Below are positions 18,713 through 27,113 of a stretch of 34,115 nt of DNA, one piece after another. This DNA comes from Burkholderiales bacterium (GTDB lineage Bacteria; Pseudomonadota; Gammaproteobacteria; Burkholderiales; Eutrophovitaceae). The stretch is taken from contig JASFUE010000003.1 of NCBI GenBank assembly GCA_050050435.1, positions 1 through 34,115 on the forward strand, read 5' to 3'. Position 1 is the first letter of the stretch; each line of letters starts with the position of its first letter. The notes beneath the pieces were generated by a model that worked only from the letters and a program-made list of their open reading frames with translations, had not been told where the DNA came from and did not search any database. Made by a program: the position numbers and the translations under genes.

Positions 18713-20317
18713 ATGAGTTCGATGGCAGACACCAACACGCACCGCCCCATTACCTTGCTGATCTGCGCGCTTGGCGGCGAGGGCGGAGGCGTACTGGTCG
18801 AGTGGCTGGTACGCACGGCAACCACCTGCGGTTTTGCCGCGCAAAGCACCTCGATACCGGGTGTGGCGCAGCGCACCGGTTCGACCACTTACTACATCGA
18901 GATTTTCCCCGTGCCGCTGTCGGAGCTGGGCGACAGGCGGCCGGTATTCAGTCTTTACCCCGTGGCTGGCGCGCTGGACATACTGGTGTCGTCAGAGTTG
19001 CTGGAGACAGTGCGCCAGATCAGCAACGGCATGGTCTGCGCCGAGCGGACCCATGTCCTGACGTCGACTTCACGCACCTTCACGACTGCGGAGAAAATGC
19101 AACTGGCCGATGGCCGTATCGACGGGCAGGAACTGCTCGAAGTGATTCGCGGCTACAGCCGTTCCTGTCATGCCATGGACATGTCGGCGTTGGCGCGCGA
19201 TGCCGGTACTGTCGTCAGCGCGGTGTTGATGGGTGTGATTGCCGGCAGCGGATTGCTGCCGTTTCCCCGTGAGGCATTCGAGTCGACCATCGGCCAGTCA
19301 GCGCGGGGGGTGGACGCCAGCTTGCGAGGGTTTGCGCAGGCTTTCGAGCGGGTGCAGAAGACAACCGGCGAACAACCGCCATCGCAAGGCACAGTTTCGC
19401 AAGCAACGGCGCCGCTTGCCGAATTGCCCCAGTCGATACGGGACGATTTCCCGAAAACGCTGCACGATATGCTGGCGCTCGGTTACGCCCGTTGCCTCGA
19501 GTACCAGGATGCGGGCTACGCCAGGCTTTTTACCGATCGTCTGAAACAGATTCTGGAAGCCGAGCGCCTTGCCGATGCGGCTGGCCGGCATGGGTTCGCT
19601 GCTACGCGAGAGGCGGCGCGCTATCTGGCACTGTGGATGGCCTTTGATGACATCGTCAGGGTGGCCGATCTCAAATCGCGTGCCAGCCGGTTTGACCGCA
19701 TTCGTGGCGAGGTCAAGGCCGGGCCGGACGAGTTGCTCCGGGTGCATGACTATTTCAAACCCGGCGTTCCCGAAATCGCGGGGCTGTTGCCCGGACCGCT
19801 CGCGCACAGGTTGTTACGTTACGACACGCGTCGTCTTAGCGCGGGCAAGGCGCCGATTGCTTTTTCGCTCAAACTGGCAGCGAGTTCGGTCACCGGTTTC
19901 GCCGCACTGCGCATCCTTGCCAGTCTCCGGTGGTTGCGCAAACGCAGCCTGCGTTACTGGCAGGAGCAGGACATGATCGGACGCTGGCTCGATGGTATCC
20001 GCGCCGGTTTTCAATCAGACTGGCAAACCGGTTTTGAAGTGGCGTGTTGCGCGCATCTGATCAAGGGTTACGGGTCTACCAATGAGCGCGGCAAGGCGAA
20101 TCTCATGCATGTGCTCGATCATTTGCTGAGCGCCGAATACGAAAGCGCCAGTGCACGCGCCAGCGCGATACGCGCGGCGCGCGAAGCCGCGCAGACTGAC
20201 GATACCGGCAAGGCGCTGGATAACACGCTCGCACAACTCGGCGCCCCGGCCCGGGAAGTGAAAGGGCAACCTGTTGTCTGGATGAAAAAGCCGCAGCGCA
20301 CCGGCACGCGGGCCTGA
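18713..20317 (+). CDS. iorB: Indolepyruvate oxidoreductase beta-subunit family protein (long form, 534 aa)
   Basis: ALGGEGGGVL and GVAQRTGST motifs; C-terminal extension with YQDAGYA, LALWMAFDD and LIKGYG. Start set to the ATG just after the iorA stop (alternative 18722). Confidence 0.9.
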   Translation: MSSMADTNTHRPITLLICALGGEGGGVLVEWLVRTATTCGFAAQSTSIPGVAQRTGSTTYYIEIFPVPLSELGDRRPVFSLYPVAGALDILVSSELLETVRQISNGMVCAERTHVLTSTSRTFTTAEKMQLADGRIDGQELLEVIRGYSRSCHAMDMSALARDAGTVVSAVLMGVIAGSGLLPFPREAFESTIGQSARGVDASLRGFAQAFERVQKTTGEQPPSQGTVSQATAPLAELPQSIRDDFPKTLHDMLALGYARCLEYQDAGYARLFTDRLKQILEAERLADAAGRHGFAATREAARYLALWMAFDDIVRVADLKSRASRFDRIRGEVKAGPDELLRVHDYFKPGVPEIAGLLPGPLAHRLLRYDTRRLSAGKAPIAFSLKLAASSVTGFAALRILASLRWLRKRSLRYWQEQDMIGRWLDGIRAGFQSDWQTGFEVACCAHLIKGYGSTNERGKANLMHVLDHLLSAEYESASARASAIRAAREAAQTDDTGKALDNTLAQLGAPAREVKGQPVVWMKKPQRTGTRA

Positions 20318-20364
20318 ACTGCCCGCCGTGGCGAAGCAGGTCGCAGGCGTGGGTGGCGTTTCGT

Positions 20365-20571
20365 TCAGTTGCGGCCGCCGCAACTGCGCGGTTGATCAAA
20401 CACAACACCGAAGGCGGGATTACGCTCGCTGTGGTAGCGCCCGACCAGAACCCCGGCAGTGATTGCGTTCAGCCCCTTCGGGTGTTTCTCTGACGGCTGG
20501 AATTGCACCCCGGGATATTCGCGCGAGAGTGTTTCGGTCCACTCTTCGAGTGAGTGGAAAACCTGGCTCAT
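20365..20571 (-). CDS. Small hypothetical protein (68 aa)
   Basis: ATGA overlap with the upstream ORF, globular-looking composition, and it fills an otherwise empty gap. Confidence 0.65.
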   Translation of the reverse strand: MSQVFHSLEEWTETLSREYPGVQFQPSEKHPKGLNAITAGVLVGRYHSERNPAFGVVFDQPRSCGGRN

Positions 20572-21023
20572 TTGCAGTTACCGTTGCAAAGGATCACGCG
20601 CTGCGCGCAGTTGATCCGCTCAAACGCTTCGGCGGCAGCGGGATCGTTATCGCTTCCCGAGTGAAACATCAGTGCATTGTTGCACTGTCTGTGCGCTGTG
20701 ACATAAGCCGGCACGCCCATCCATTCGACATTGGAGCAACCGGGGTTGCCGACTCCGAACTGGATTCCAAGCTCGTAGGTGGCGCAAAACACGCCCCGGT
20801 GCTGGACGTTTCCCTCAATGTGCCAGTCTCCGTTCTGCAACAGCCACGCACGGGCGTTGCCAAAGAAGAAATCGAGCCTGGACGGCGCGCCAGGTACGCC
20901 GACCTGGTTTGTTCGGCGCGGCTCGGAAGCGAGCTTGCGCACTTCTTCGTCGGCGCTCGCCTGAGCGACCAATGCGCTGCTGCTGATAATGAGAAGCAGG
21001 GTTATGATGACGCGTTGCACCAA
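20568..21023 (-). CDS. Hypothetical exported protein with 6 Cys
   Basis: Sec-type signal (QRVIITLLLIISSSALVAQASA); start is TTG 21023 or GTG 21020. Confidence 0.75.
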   Translation of the reverse strand: MVQRVIITLLLIISSSALVAQASADEEVRKLASEPRRTNQVGVPGAPSRLDFFFGNARAWLLQNGDWHIEGNVQHRGVFCATYELGIQFGVGNPGCSNVEWMGVPAYVTAHRQCNNALMFHSGSDNDPAAAEAFERINCAQRVILCNGNCK

Positions 21024-21060
21024 GTCAATCTAACACGGCCGGCCGGGGTGGACCAGCAGA

Positions 21061-21089
21061 TTGACAAGCCACCGGGGTGGCTTAATACT
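21061..21089 (+). promoter_or_regulatory. Sigma70 promoter for the CBS gene with a palindrome in the spacer
   Basis: TTGACA-N17-AATACT; the spacer carries aagccacc-gg-ggtggctt (21066-21083). Confidence 0.55.
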
Positions 21090-21124
21090 GACTGTCCCCT
21101 TTGAAGGGTGCTACGGAGGCATCG

Positions 21125-21553
21125 ATGAGAAGCGTACAGCACTTGCTTGAGGAAAAGCCGCAGCAGATTTTGTCCATTGGCCCGGATGCGAGCGTACTGG
21201 ATGCGCTGAAGCTCATGGCCGAAAAAGACGTCGGTGCCCTGGTGGTGCTCGACGGAGAAAAGCTCATTGGCATCTTTTCCGAACGCGATTATGCGCGCAA
21301 GATCATTCTTTTCGGGAAGTCTTCTAAGGACACCCCAGTGAGTGCGATCATGACGCAGAAAGTAGTCTGCGTTCGCCCGGAACAGACCGCGGAAGAGTGC
21401 ATGGCGCTGATGACGCAAAAACGGGTTCGTCACCTGCCGGTGCTGTCCGAGAAGAAAGTGATTGGCATCATCTCGATCGGCGACGTAGTCAGGGCGATGC
21501 TGACCGATCAGCAGCGCACGATAGAACAGTTGGAACAGTACATCATGAGTTGA
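21125..21553 (+). CDS. CBS-domain pair protein (142 aa)
   Basis: VGALVV...GIFSERDYARK and RVRHLPV...GIISIGDVV motifs; GGAGG RBS before ATG 21125. Confidence 0.92.
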   Translation: MRSVQHLLEEKPQQILSIGPDASVLDALKLMAEKDVGALVVLDGEKLIGIFSERDYARKIILFGKSSKDTPVSAIMTQKVVCVRPEQTAEECMALMTQKRVRHLPVLSEKKVIGIISIGDVVRAMLTDQQRTIEQLEQYIMS

Positions 21554-21572
21554 AAGGAATACGCACCGATTC

Positions 21573-21833
21573 ATGCTTTGCCGGCAAACACTGATTCTGG
21601 TCGTTTTTTTGGCATGCGGCGTGGCTGCGTGCAAATCGCAGGAGTCATTGACCGCAAAGCAGGTCGGTTGCTCGACACGCGATGTGACGATTATTCCAAG
21701 CGAGTATTCCCGCGCCGGTTCGCTTACCCGGTGGTGCGCGATGTGCGGTAATGACACTTTTGTCTGCGTAAGTAATCCGCAGCGCGATCCTGTTGTGTGC
21801 CGCAAGGTGGAAGTCGGGCCGCCATGCGAATGA
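21573..21833 (+). CDS. Small Cys-rich putative lipoprotein (86 aa)
   Basis: AAGGA RBS-like sequence, hydrophobic signal, lipobox VAAC, and 6 more Cys in the mature part. Confidence 0.72.
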   Translation: MLCRQTLILVVFLACGVAACKSQESLTAKQVGCSTRDVTIIPSEYSRAGSLTRWCAMCGNDTFVCVSNPQRDPVVCRKVEVGPPCE

Positions 21834-21866
21834 GGCGGAAGATGCAGGCGGCATCATTCAGGGAGA

Positions 21867-22592
21867 GTGGTTTCGGCAACGGCTGATTTGAGCTTTTCGC
21901 CCCTGGGCGACCGGGCGTTGGTGCTCGAGGTGGGTAATCGCGTCGATGCGGCAACGACGGCGTGTATTCGAGCGCTTGCCGATTATCTTGCCGGGCTCGA
22001 TTTGCCGGGGGTAGTCGATTTCGTGCCCGCCTTGACCTCGATCGGCATTCACTATGACCCGGAGCAGTGGCACGACGAGGCCGGAACGCGCACGCCTTAT
22101 GAGTTGCTGGTTGCACGTTTACAGAGCGTGTTGCCGGATCTGGCGACACTGGAAATGTCCGAAGGCACCTTGCACGAAGTGCCGGTGTGTTATGAGCCCG
22201 AATTTGCCGAAGACTTGCCTGCGCTGGCCAGCGCGCAAGGTTTGTCACGCGATGAGCTCGTACAGATTCACAGCCGCGCCACCTACACCGTTTACATGAT
22301 CGGGTTTGCGCCCGGATTTGCCTATCTTGGTCCGCTGGACCAGCGACTGATGACACCAAGGCGGCAGACGCCGCGCGCGCGTGTGCCGGCCGGGAGTGTT
22401 GCCGTAGCCAACGAGTACACCGGCATTTATCCGGCGCCATTGCCCGGCGGCTGGCATATCATCGGGCGTACCCCGCTGCAACTGTTTGATCCGGCTAACG
22501 AGCGCCCATCACTACTCGGTGCTGGTGATCGGGTAAAGTTCGTGCCGATCAACGCCACCGAATTCCGCAATCTGCGGCGGCGCAAGCCATGA
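21867..22592 (+). CDS. pxpB: 5-oxoprolinase subunit PxpB
   Basis: PLGDRAL, VPVCY, YMIGFAPGFAY and GIYP..PGGWHIIGRTP motifs. Confidence 0.93.
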   Translation: MVSATADLSFSPLGDRALVLEVGNRVDAATTACIRALADYLAGLDLPGVVDFVPALTSIGIHYDPEQWHDEAGTRTPYELLVARLQSVLPDLATLEMSEGTLHEVPVCYEPEFAEDLPALASAQGLSRDELVQIHSRATYTVYMIGFAPGFAYLGPLDQRLMTPRRQTPRARVPAGSVAVANEYTGIYPAPLPGGWHIIGRTPLQLFDPANERPSLLGAGDRVKFVPINATEFRNLRRRKP

Positions 22593-23590
22593 CGGTCGAA
22601 GTGATTCGCGCAGGTTTGCTGACGACGGTGCAGGATCTTGGCCGCTACGGCGCGCAACGCTTCGGTGTGCCGGTCAGCGGAGCGATGGACACGCGTTCGC
22701 TGCGCATAGCCAATCTGCTGGTGGGCAATGAGCAGGGTGCGGCAGCACTCGAGGTGACGTTGGTTGGCCCGTCTCTGCTCTTTGATTCGGATGCGCTGAT
22801 CGCCGTGTGCGGCGGCGATTTGAGCCCTGTCGTCGATGGGCGGCCGCTGCCGATGAACCGGCCGGTGTGGATTGCGCGCGGCAGTCTGCTTTCGTTCGGG
22901 CAACCGCTGGCCGGGTGCCGGGCCTACGTGGCCTTTGCCGGCGGCATCGATGTGGCACTGGTGCTGGCCTCACGTTCGACTTATTTGCGAACCGGATTTG
23001 GCGGCGTTAAAGGGCGTGCTGTAACGAAGGGCGATCGCATCAATGCGGTGGCGGGCGAGGTTTCGCATTTTCTGCAATTGCTCGACTCGGCTTCGTTTGC
23101 CAGCAGTGGTTTTGCCGCGCCGAAATGGTCCGTGCGCGTCGATTCCGGCCGGATGCTTGCGCGGCCGCAGCGCATTCGATTCATTGCCGGACGCCACTGG
23201 GAACTGCTGGCGCCGGCGGTGCGTGAAATGTTCGTCGAGGAAAAGTTTCGCGTTGGCGCGGCGTCCGATCGAATGGGATATCGGCTCGAAGGCGTTGGCC
23301 TTGAGCGGCACGAGTACGGGAACATCGTTTCAGAGGCAGTCGCATTCGGAACAATCCAGCTGCCACCGGACGGTAATCCCATCATCCTGATGGCGGACCG
23401 CCAGACTGTCGGCGGTTATCCGCGCATCGGCGAGGTGGCAAGCGTGGATCTGCCGCTGCTTGCACAGCTGAAACCGGGAGACATGCTTGAATTTGAGCAA
23501 ATATCGCTGTCAGAAGCGCATAATCTTTCCCATGTACAGGAAAAAGCGCTGGCCCGGATAGACGCCGCAATCGCTGCGGCGAGGCGCTGA
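22589..23590 (+). CDS. pxpC: 5-oxoprolinase subunit PxpC
   Basis: TTVQDLGR, GAMD, SDRMGYRL and DRQTVGGYP motifs; ATGA overlap with pxpB. Confidence 0.92.
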   Translation: MTVEVIRAGLLTTVQDLGRYGAQRFGVPVSGAMDTRSLRIANLLVGNEQGAAALEVTLVGPSLLFDSDALIAVCGGDLSPVVDGRPLPMNRPVWIARGSLLSFGQPLAGCRAYVAFAGGIDVALVLASRSTYLRTGFGGVKGRAVTKGDRINAVAGEVSHFLQLLDSASFASSGFAAPKWSVRVDSGRMLARPQRIRFIAGRHWELLAPAVREMFVEEKFRVGAASDRMGYRLEGVGLERHEYGNIVSEAVAFGTIQLPPDGNPIILMADRQTVGGYPRIGEVASVDLPLLAQLKPGDMLEFEQISLSEAHNLSHVQEKALARIDAAIAAARR

Positions 23591-24370
23591 ATGCACGAGA
23601 TGACCAGGTATATCGATCTGAATTGCGACATTGGCGAGTACGACAGCGAGGAAGGCGCGTTGCGCGAAGCCGCGATCCTGCCGCATGTCAGTTCAGCCAA
23701 TATCGCCTGCGGGTTGCATGCCGGTGATGCGCGGGTGATGCGCAAGACCATGCGCGCGGCCAGTGAACTGGGCATCGCCGTTGGCGCGCATCCGTCGCTG
23801 GCAGACCGTGAAAATTTCGGCCGGCGCGAGATTGTCCACAGTGCTGATGAAATCTACGAGCTGACGCTGTATCAGATCGGGGCTTCCGCTGCACTCGCAG
23901 AGGCCGTGGGTGAGCGGCTCAACCACGTGAAACCGCACGGCGCCTTGTACAACATGGCGGCACGCGATCGTGCGCTCGCTGATGCCATTGCCCATGCGGT
24001 CCGTGATTTCGATGCCGGGCTGGTCGTGTTCGGCTTGTCCGGGTCGGAAATAGTTGCCGCTGCCGAGGCAGTCGGTTTGAAATGCGCCAGCGAAGTATTC
24101 GCCGACCGCCGTTATGAATCGGATGGCAAACTGGCCTCGCGTACGCAAGCCGATGCGCTGATTGAAGACGTAGAGGAAGCAGCCCGGCAGGTACTGGATA
24201 TGATCGAGCACGGTTTTGTGCGCGCACGTGATGGCAGCAAAGTGACGGTTCGCCCTGACACGGTCTGTATCCACGGTGACGCACCGACAGCACCGGCATT
24301 TGCACAGCATCTGGCGCGAATGCTCGCCGAGGCCGGAATTATGCTGCGCGCTGTTAACCGGGGCGATTAG
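23591..24370 (+). CDS. pxpA: 5-oxoprolinase subunit PxpA (LamB/YcsF family)
   Basis: IDLNCDIGE, ANIACGLHAGD, HVKPHGALYN, EVFADR and CIHGD motifs. Confidence 0.95.
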   Translation: MHEMTRYIDLNCDIGEYDSEEGALREAAILPHVSSANIACGLHAGDARVMRKTMRAASELGIAVGAHPSLADRENFGRREIVHSADEIYELTLYQIGASAALAEAVGERLNHVKPHGALYNMAARDRALADAIAHAVRDFDAGLVVFGLSGSEIVAAAEAVGLKCASEVFADRRYESDGKLASRTQADALIEDVEEAARQVLDMIEHGFVRARDGSKVTVRPDTVCIHGDAPTAPAFAQHLARMLAEAGIMLRAVNRGD

Positions 24371-24406
24371 AACCGGGACCATTGCAATTGCGTTGATTAG
24401 AACCGG
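24365..24406. repeat. Direct repeat GATTAGAACCGG x2 (30-bp period)
   Basis: Exact 12-mers at 24365-24376 and 24395-24406. Confidence 0.75.
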
Positions 24407-24501
24407 TTCGTCTGATACCGGGCTGATGGTAACTGGTGTGATGATAGCCGGCCTCGACTGTAATCGGCCGGCAAATACTCTATAATCGCAGGGTTGTTCT
24501 G

Positions 24502-24528
24502 GCCGCCGAGGGCATCGGCGGCTTTTTC
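24502..24528 (+). terminator. Intrinsic terminator-like hairpin
   Basis: gccgccga-gggca-tcggcggc followed by a T-run. Confidence 0.65.
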
Positions 24529-24582
24529 GTTATGTCGGCCCCGCCATCTCGCGCGGGTGGCCACTGAAACCGGATCACCAAG

Positions 24583-25374
24583 TTGAAAAAGCACCTCATT
24601 TGCATCTTCGGCGTTGTCACGCTGAACCTGATGTCAGTCAACGCGGCACTATCCCAGACCAAACCGGCGAAGGAGACGACGGGGGATATCTCCAGTACCG
24701 TCAGTCCGAATAAAGCCAAGCAGCGCTTCTTCCTCCGAAACGAGTTCCGGGAGCGCGAGGACGGTACACAAATCAATATCCTCGAGGCCTTGTATGACCT
24801 GCCGCTCACTGACGACCTGGTGTTGCGCACGCAGATTCCACACGTCACGAATAACCCGCTGGAGGGACCCACTGTCAATGGGCTTGGTGACATCACCAAC
24901 TCGCTCTACTATCGATACAAGCGTGGAGAGGGCAGGTCGTACTTTATCGGCCTGGAGGGGAAGTGGAACACGGCGCGCAACCCCAAACTGGGTACTGGCA
25001 AGAACATGCTGGCGCCGACCTGGTTTGCATCGATCAGCCTTCCCGAATACCACACGATCCTGTTTCCATTTATCCAGCGTTACTTCACGGTGTCAGGCGA
25101 CGCTGACCGGGAAGATCTCAATTACACGCTGATAAAGCCGCGTTGGCTCACCAAACTCAAAAACCGCTATTACACGTTCATCGAACCGCAAATCTACATC
25201 AATCACGAAGAAAATAACGAGACCACGGGTAACCTGGAGGTGGAACTGGGACGTTTCGTAACTCCGCAAACGATGGCGTATGTGCGGCCAGGCGTCGGAC
25301 TATGGGGACAGACTGATTCGCGTTACCTGTTCGAGTGGAACTTCGAGATTGGTGTCCGCCATTTCTTCAAGTAA
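24583..25374 (+). CDS. Putative outer-membrane beta-barrel protein (resembles COG4313/MetA-pathway phenol-degradation-type channels)
   Basis: Signal peptide; GLGDI and LGTGK motifs; amphipathic aromatic-rich strands; C-terminal WNFEIGVRHFFK. TTG start. Confidence 0.7.
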   Translation: MKKHLICIFGVVTLNLMSVNAALSQTKPAKETTGDISSTVSPNKAKQRFFLRNEFREREDGTQINILEALYDLPLTDDLVLRTQIPHVTNNPLEGPTVNGLGDITNSLYYRYKRGEGRSYFIGLEGKWNTARNPKLGTGKNMLAPTWFASISLPEYHTILFPFIQRYFTVSGDADREDLNYTLIKPRWLTKLKNRYYTFIEPQIYINHEENNETTGNLEVELGRFVTPQTMAYVRPGVGLWGQTDSRYLFEWNFEIGVRHFFK

Positions 25375-25385
25375 CGTTTTACCAG

Positions 25386-25430
25386 TTAGACCGGGACTGA
25401 TTAGATCGGGACTGATTAGATCGGGACTGA
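25386..25430. repeat. Three 15-bp tandem repeats TTAGA(C/T)CGGGACTGA
   Basis: Units at 25386-25400, 25401-25415 and 25416-25430, followed by tctgatcccga, which can pair back with tcggga. Confidence 0.9.
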
Positions 25431-25457
25431 TCTGATCCCGAGTGGAGCCCGGGGCCG

Positions 25458-26054
25458 CTACTGAAGCTTGAGCGCTTCAACATTGATCAGGATGGTGACT
25501 TCATCACCGATCGACGGTACATAGGTTGTCATTCCCCAATCGGAGCGCCGGATGAGGGTGCGGGCATCGGCGCCGCAGGCAGGCACATGGTAAATCGGGT
25601 GCTGCGCGCATGCGAAGTGTGTGATTTCCAGTGACACCGGATGTGTGCGGCCGAGCATGGTGAGATCGCCTTCGGCTCTCGTCAGTTTCTCGCCATCGAA
25701 ACTCAGCGCGCGGGCGACAAAGCTGATTGTCGGATACTGTTCGACGTCAAAGAATTCTTTCCGGCGCAGGTGTTCATCGCGTTTTGCCAACCCGGTATCG
25801 ATTGACGCAGAATCGATACTGACTTCGATGGAACCACTGCCCGTAGCTTTGTCGAGCACGATTGTTCCGCTGGTGCGATCAAATCTGCCACGAACCGTCG
25901 ACAGGCCAAGGTGATTGATTTCGAAACTGGCGTAGCTGTGTTTGGAATCGACCGTGTAGGTAACCGGTTCGGCCAGCACGGTTGATGGTGCCAGCCACAG
26001 ACTCGTCAACAGCAACGAGACCTGTACAGCAGTTTGCAGGCTTTTCGAATACAT
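25458..26054 (-). CDS. yceI: YceI-family periplasmic lipid/polyisoprenoid-binding protein
   Basis: Signal peptide; YTVDSKHS...HLGLSTVRGRF, RDEHLR...FFDVEQYP and RSDWGM motifs. Confidence 0.92.
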   Translation of the reverse strand: MYSKSLQTAVQVSLLLTSLWLAPSTVLAEPVTYTVDSKHSYASFEINHLGLSTVRGRFDRTSGTIVLDKATGSGSIEVSIDSASIDTGLAKRDEHLRRKEFFDVEQYPTISFVARALSFDGEKLTRAEGDLTMLGRTHPVSLEITHFACAQHPIYHVPACGADARTLIRRSDWGMTTYVPSIGDEVTILINVEALKLQ

Positions 26055-26155
26055 GCTTCTCCTCCGCTTGCATCAGTCACTCAAACTGTAACGCAGGCTG
26101 CTGCGCGGGTCATCCACCGCAGTGCCCGGGCGTTTGCACGGCGGGTTATGGCAGC

Positions 26156-26184
26156 TTGACGCACCGCTGCGCCACGGACACACT
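26156..26184 (+). promoter_or_regulatory. Sigma70-like promoter, near-leaderless, for the CinA-like gene
   Basis: TTGACG-N17-CACACT ending 8 nt before ATG 26193; no SD sequence. Confidence 0.45.
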
Positions 26185-26192
26185 TTGCGCCC

Positions 26193-26951
26193 ATGGCATC
26201 CGAACACTTAAGGATCGGGCTTTTGATCATTGGTGACGAGATTCTCTCGGGCAAGCGGCAGGACCGTCACTTTGCGAAAGCGATTGAAATCGCAAATGCG
26301 CGAGGATTATCCGTGTGCTGGTCGATGTATCTATCGGATGACCCGCAAATGATCACGGACGTCCTGTCGAGTACGATGACGCGCGATGACGTCGTGTTCA
26401 GTTTTGGCGGTATCGGTGCGACACCGGATGACCATACTCGCCAGTGTGCGGCGCGCGCTGCAGGCGTGGAGTTGGTGCTGCATCCGGAAGCGCAACGCGA
26501 AATCGAAGCGCAATTCGGCGCTGAGGCCTATCCGCGCCGTATTGAAATGGGTGTGTTCCCGGCTGGATCGCGCATCATTCCGAATGCCTACAATCGAATC
26601 CCCGGTTTCAGTGTTGGCAAACACCATTTCCTGCCAGGCTTTCCGTCGATGGCCTGGGCAATGATGGAGTGGGTGCTGGATTCGGAATACCTCGACCAGC
26701 ATCGCGAATCGCCACCCGTGGATATTGCAGTGATCGTCATGGACGCACCCGAAAGCCAGTTGATCAACCTGATGAACGACTGCCTGAAACAGTTTCCCGC
26801 CTGCAAGGTGTTCAGCCTCCCGACACTGACTGCCGAGGGCCGGCGTATCGAACTCGGTGTTAAGGGCGAGGCGGCCCAGGCGCAAGAAGCGCTCACTTAC
26901 CTGCAGCGCGGTGTCACCAGCCTCGGGTATGACTGGCAGCCGCGCCGCTGA
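26193..26951 (+). CDS. CinA N-terminal-like / molybdopterin-binding domain protein (COG1058, putative ADP-ribose/NADH pyrophosphatase; no PncC domain)
   Basis: IIGDEILSGKRQD, GGIGATPDDHT and LPGFP motifs. Confidence 0.88.
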   Translation: MASEHLRIGLLIIGDEILSGKRQDRHFAKAIEIANARGLSVCWSMYLSDDPQMITDVLSSTMTRDDVVFSFGGIGATPDDHTRQCAARAAGVELVLHPEAQREIEAQFGAEAYPRRIEMGVFPAGSRIIPNAYNRIPGFSVGKHHFLPGFPSMAWAMMEWVLDSEYLDQHRESPPVDIAVIVMDAPESQLINLMNDCLKQFPACKVFSLPTLTAEGRRIELGVKGEAAQAQEALTYLQRGVTSLGYDWQPRR

Positions 26952-27113
26952 GCGTGTACGAGATACGTCTGCCGGTAACTCCGTGTAGCGCGCCGCGTAC
27001 GTTTCCTCTTATTTATCATACGAATAGTCGTTTGCGACGACGCTATTTCTGCTAACCCCGTTTTGCCCGCACCGTCGTTTACATACGAGGTGATATGGAA
27101 AACGGAGGTTGTG

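Noticed and set aside
21867-23590. Urea carboxylase/allophanate hydrolase or KipI/KipA
   Set aside because: The adjacent LamB/YcsF gene completes the pxpBCA 5-oxoprolinase set, and there is no biotin carboxylase domain.
25386-25430. CRISPR array
   Set aside because: The units are 15 bp and abut with no spacers, and no cas genes are present.
25372-25441. Integron attC site (GTTAGAC at 25385-25391 fits GTTRRRY)
   Set aside because: There is no complementary RYYYAAC after the stop codon, no attC-length hairpin, and no integrase in the window.
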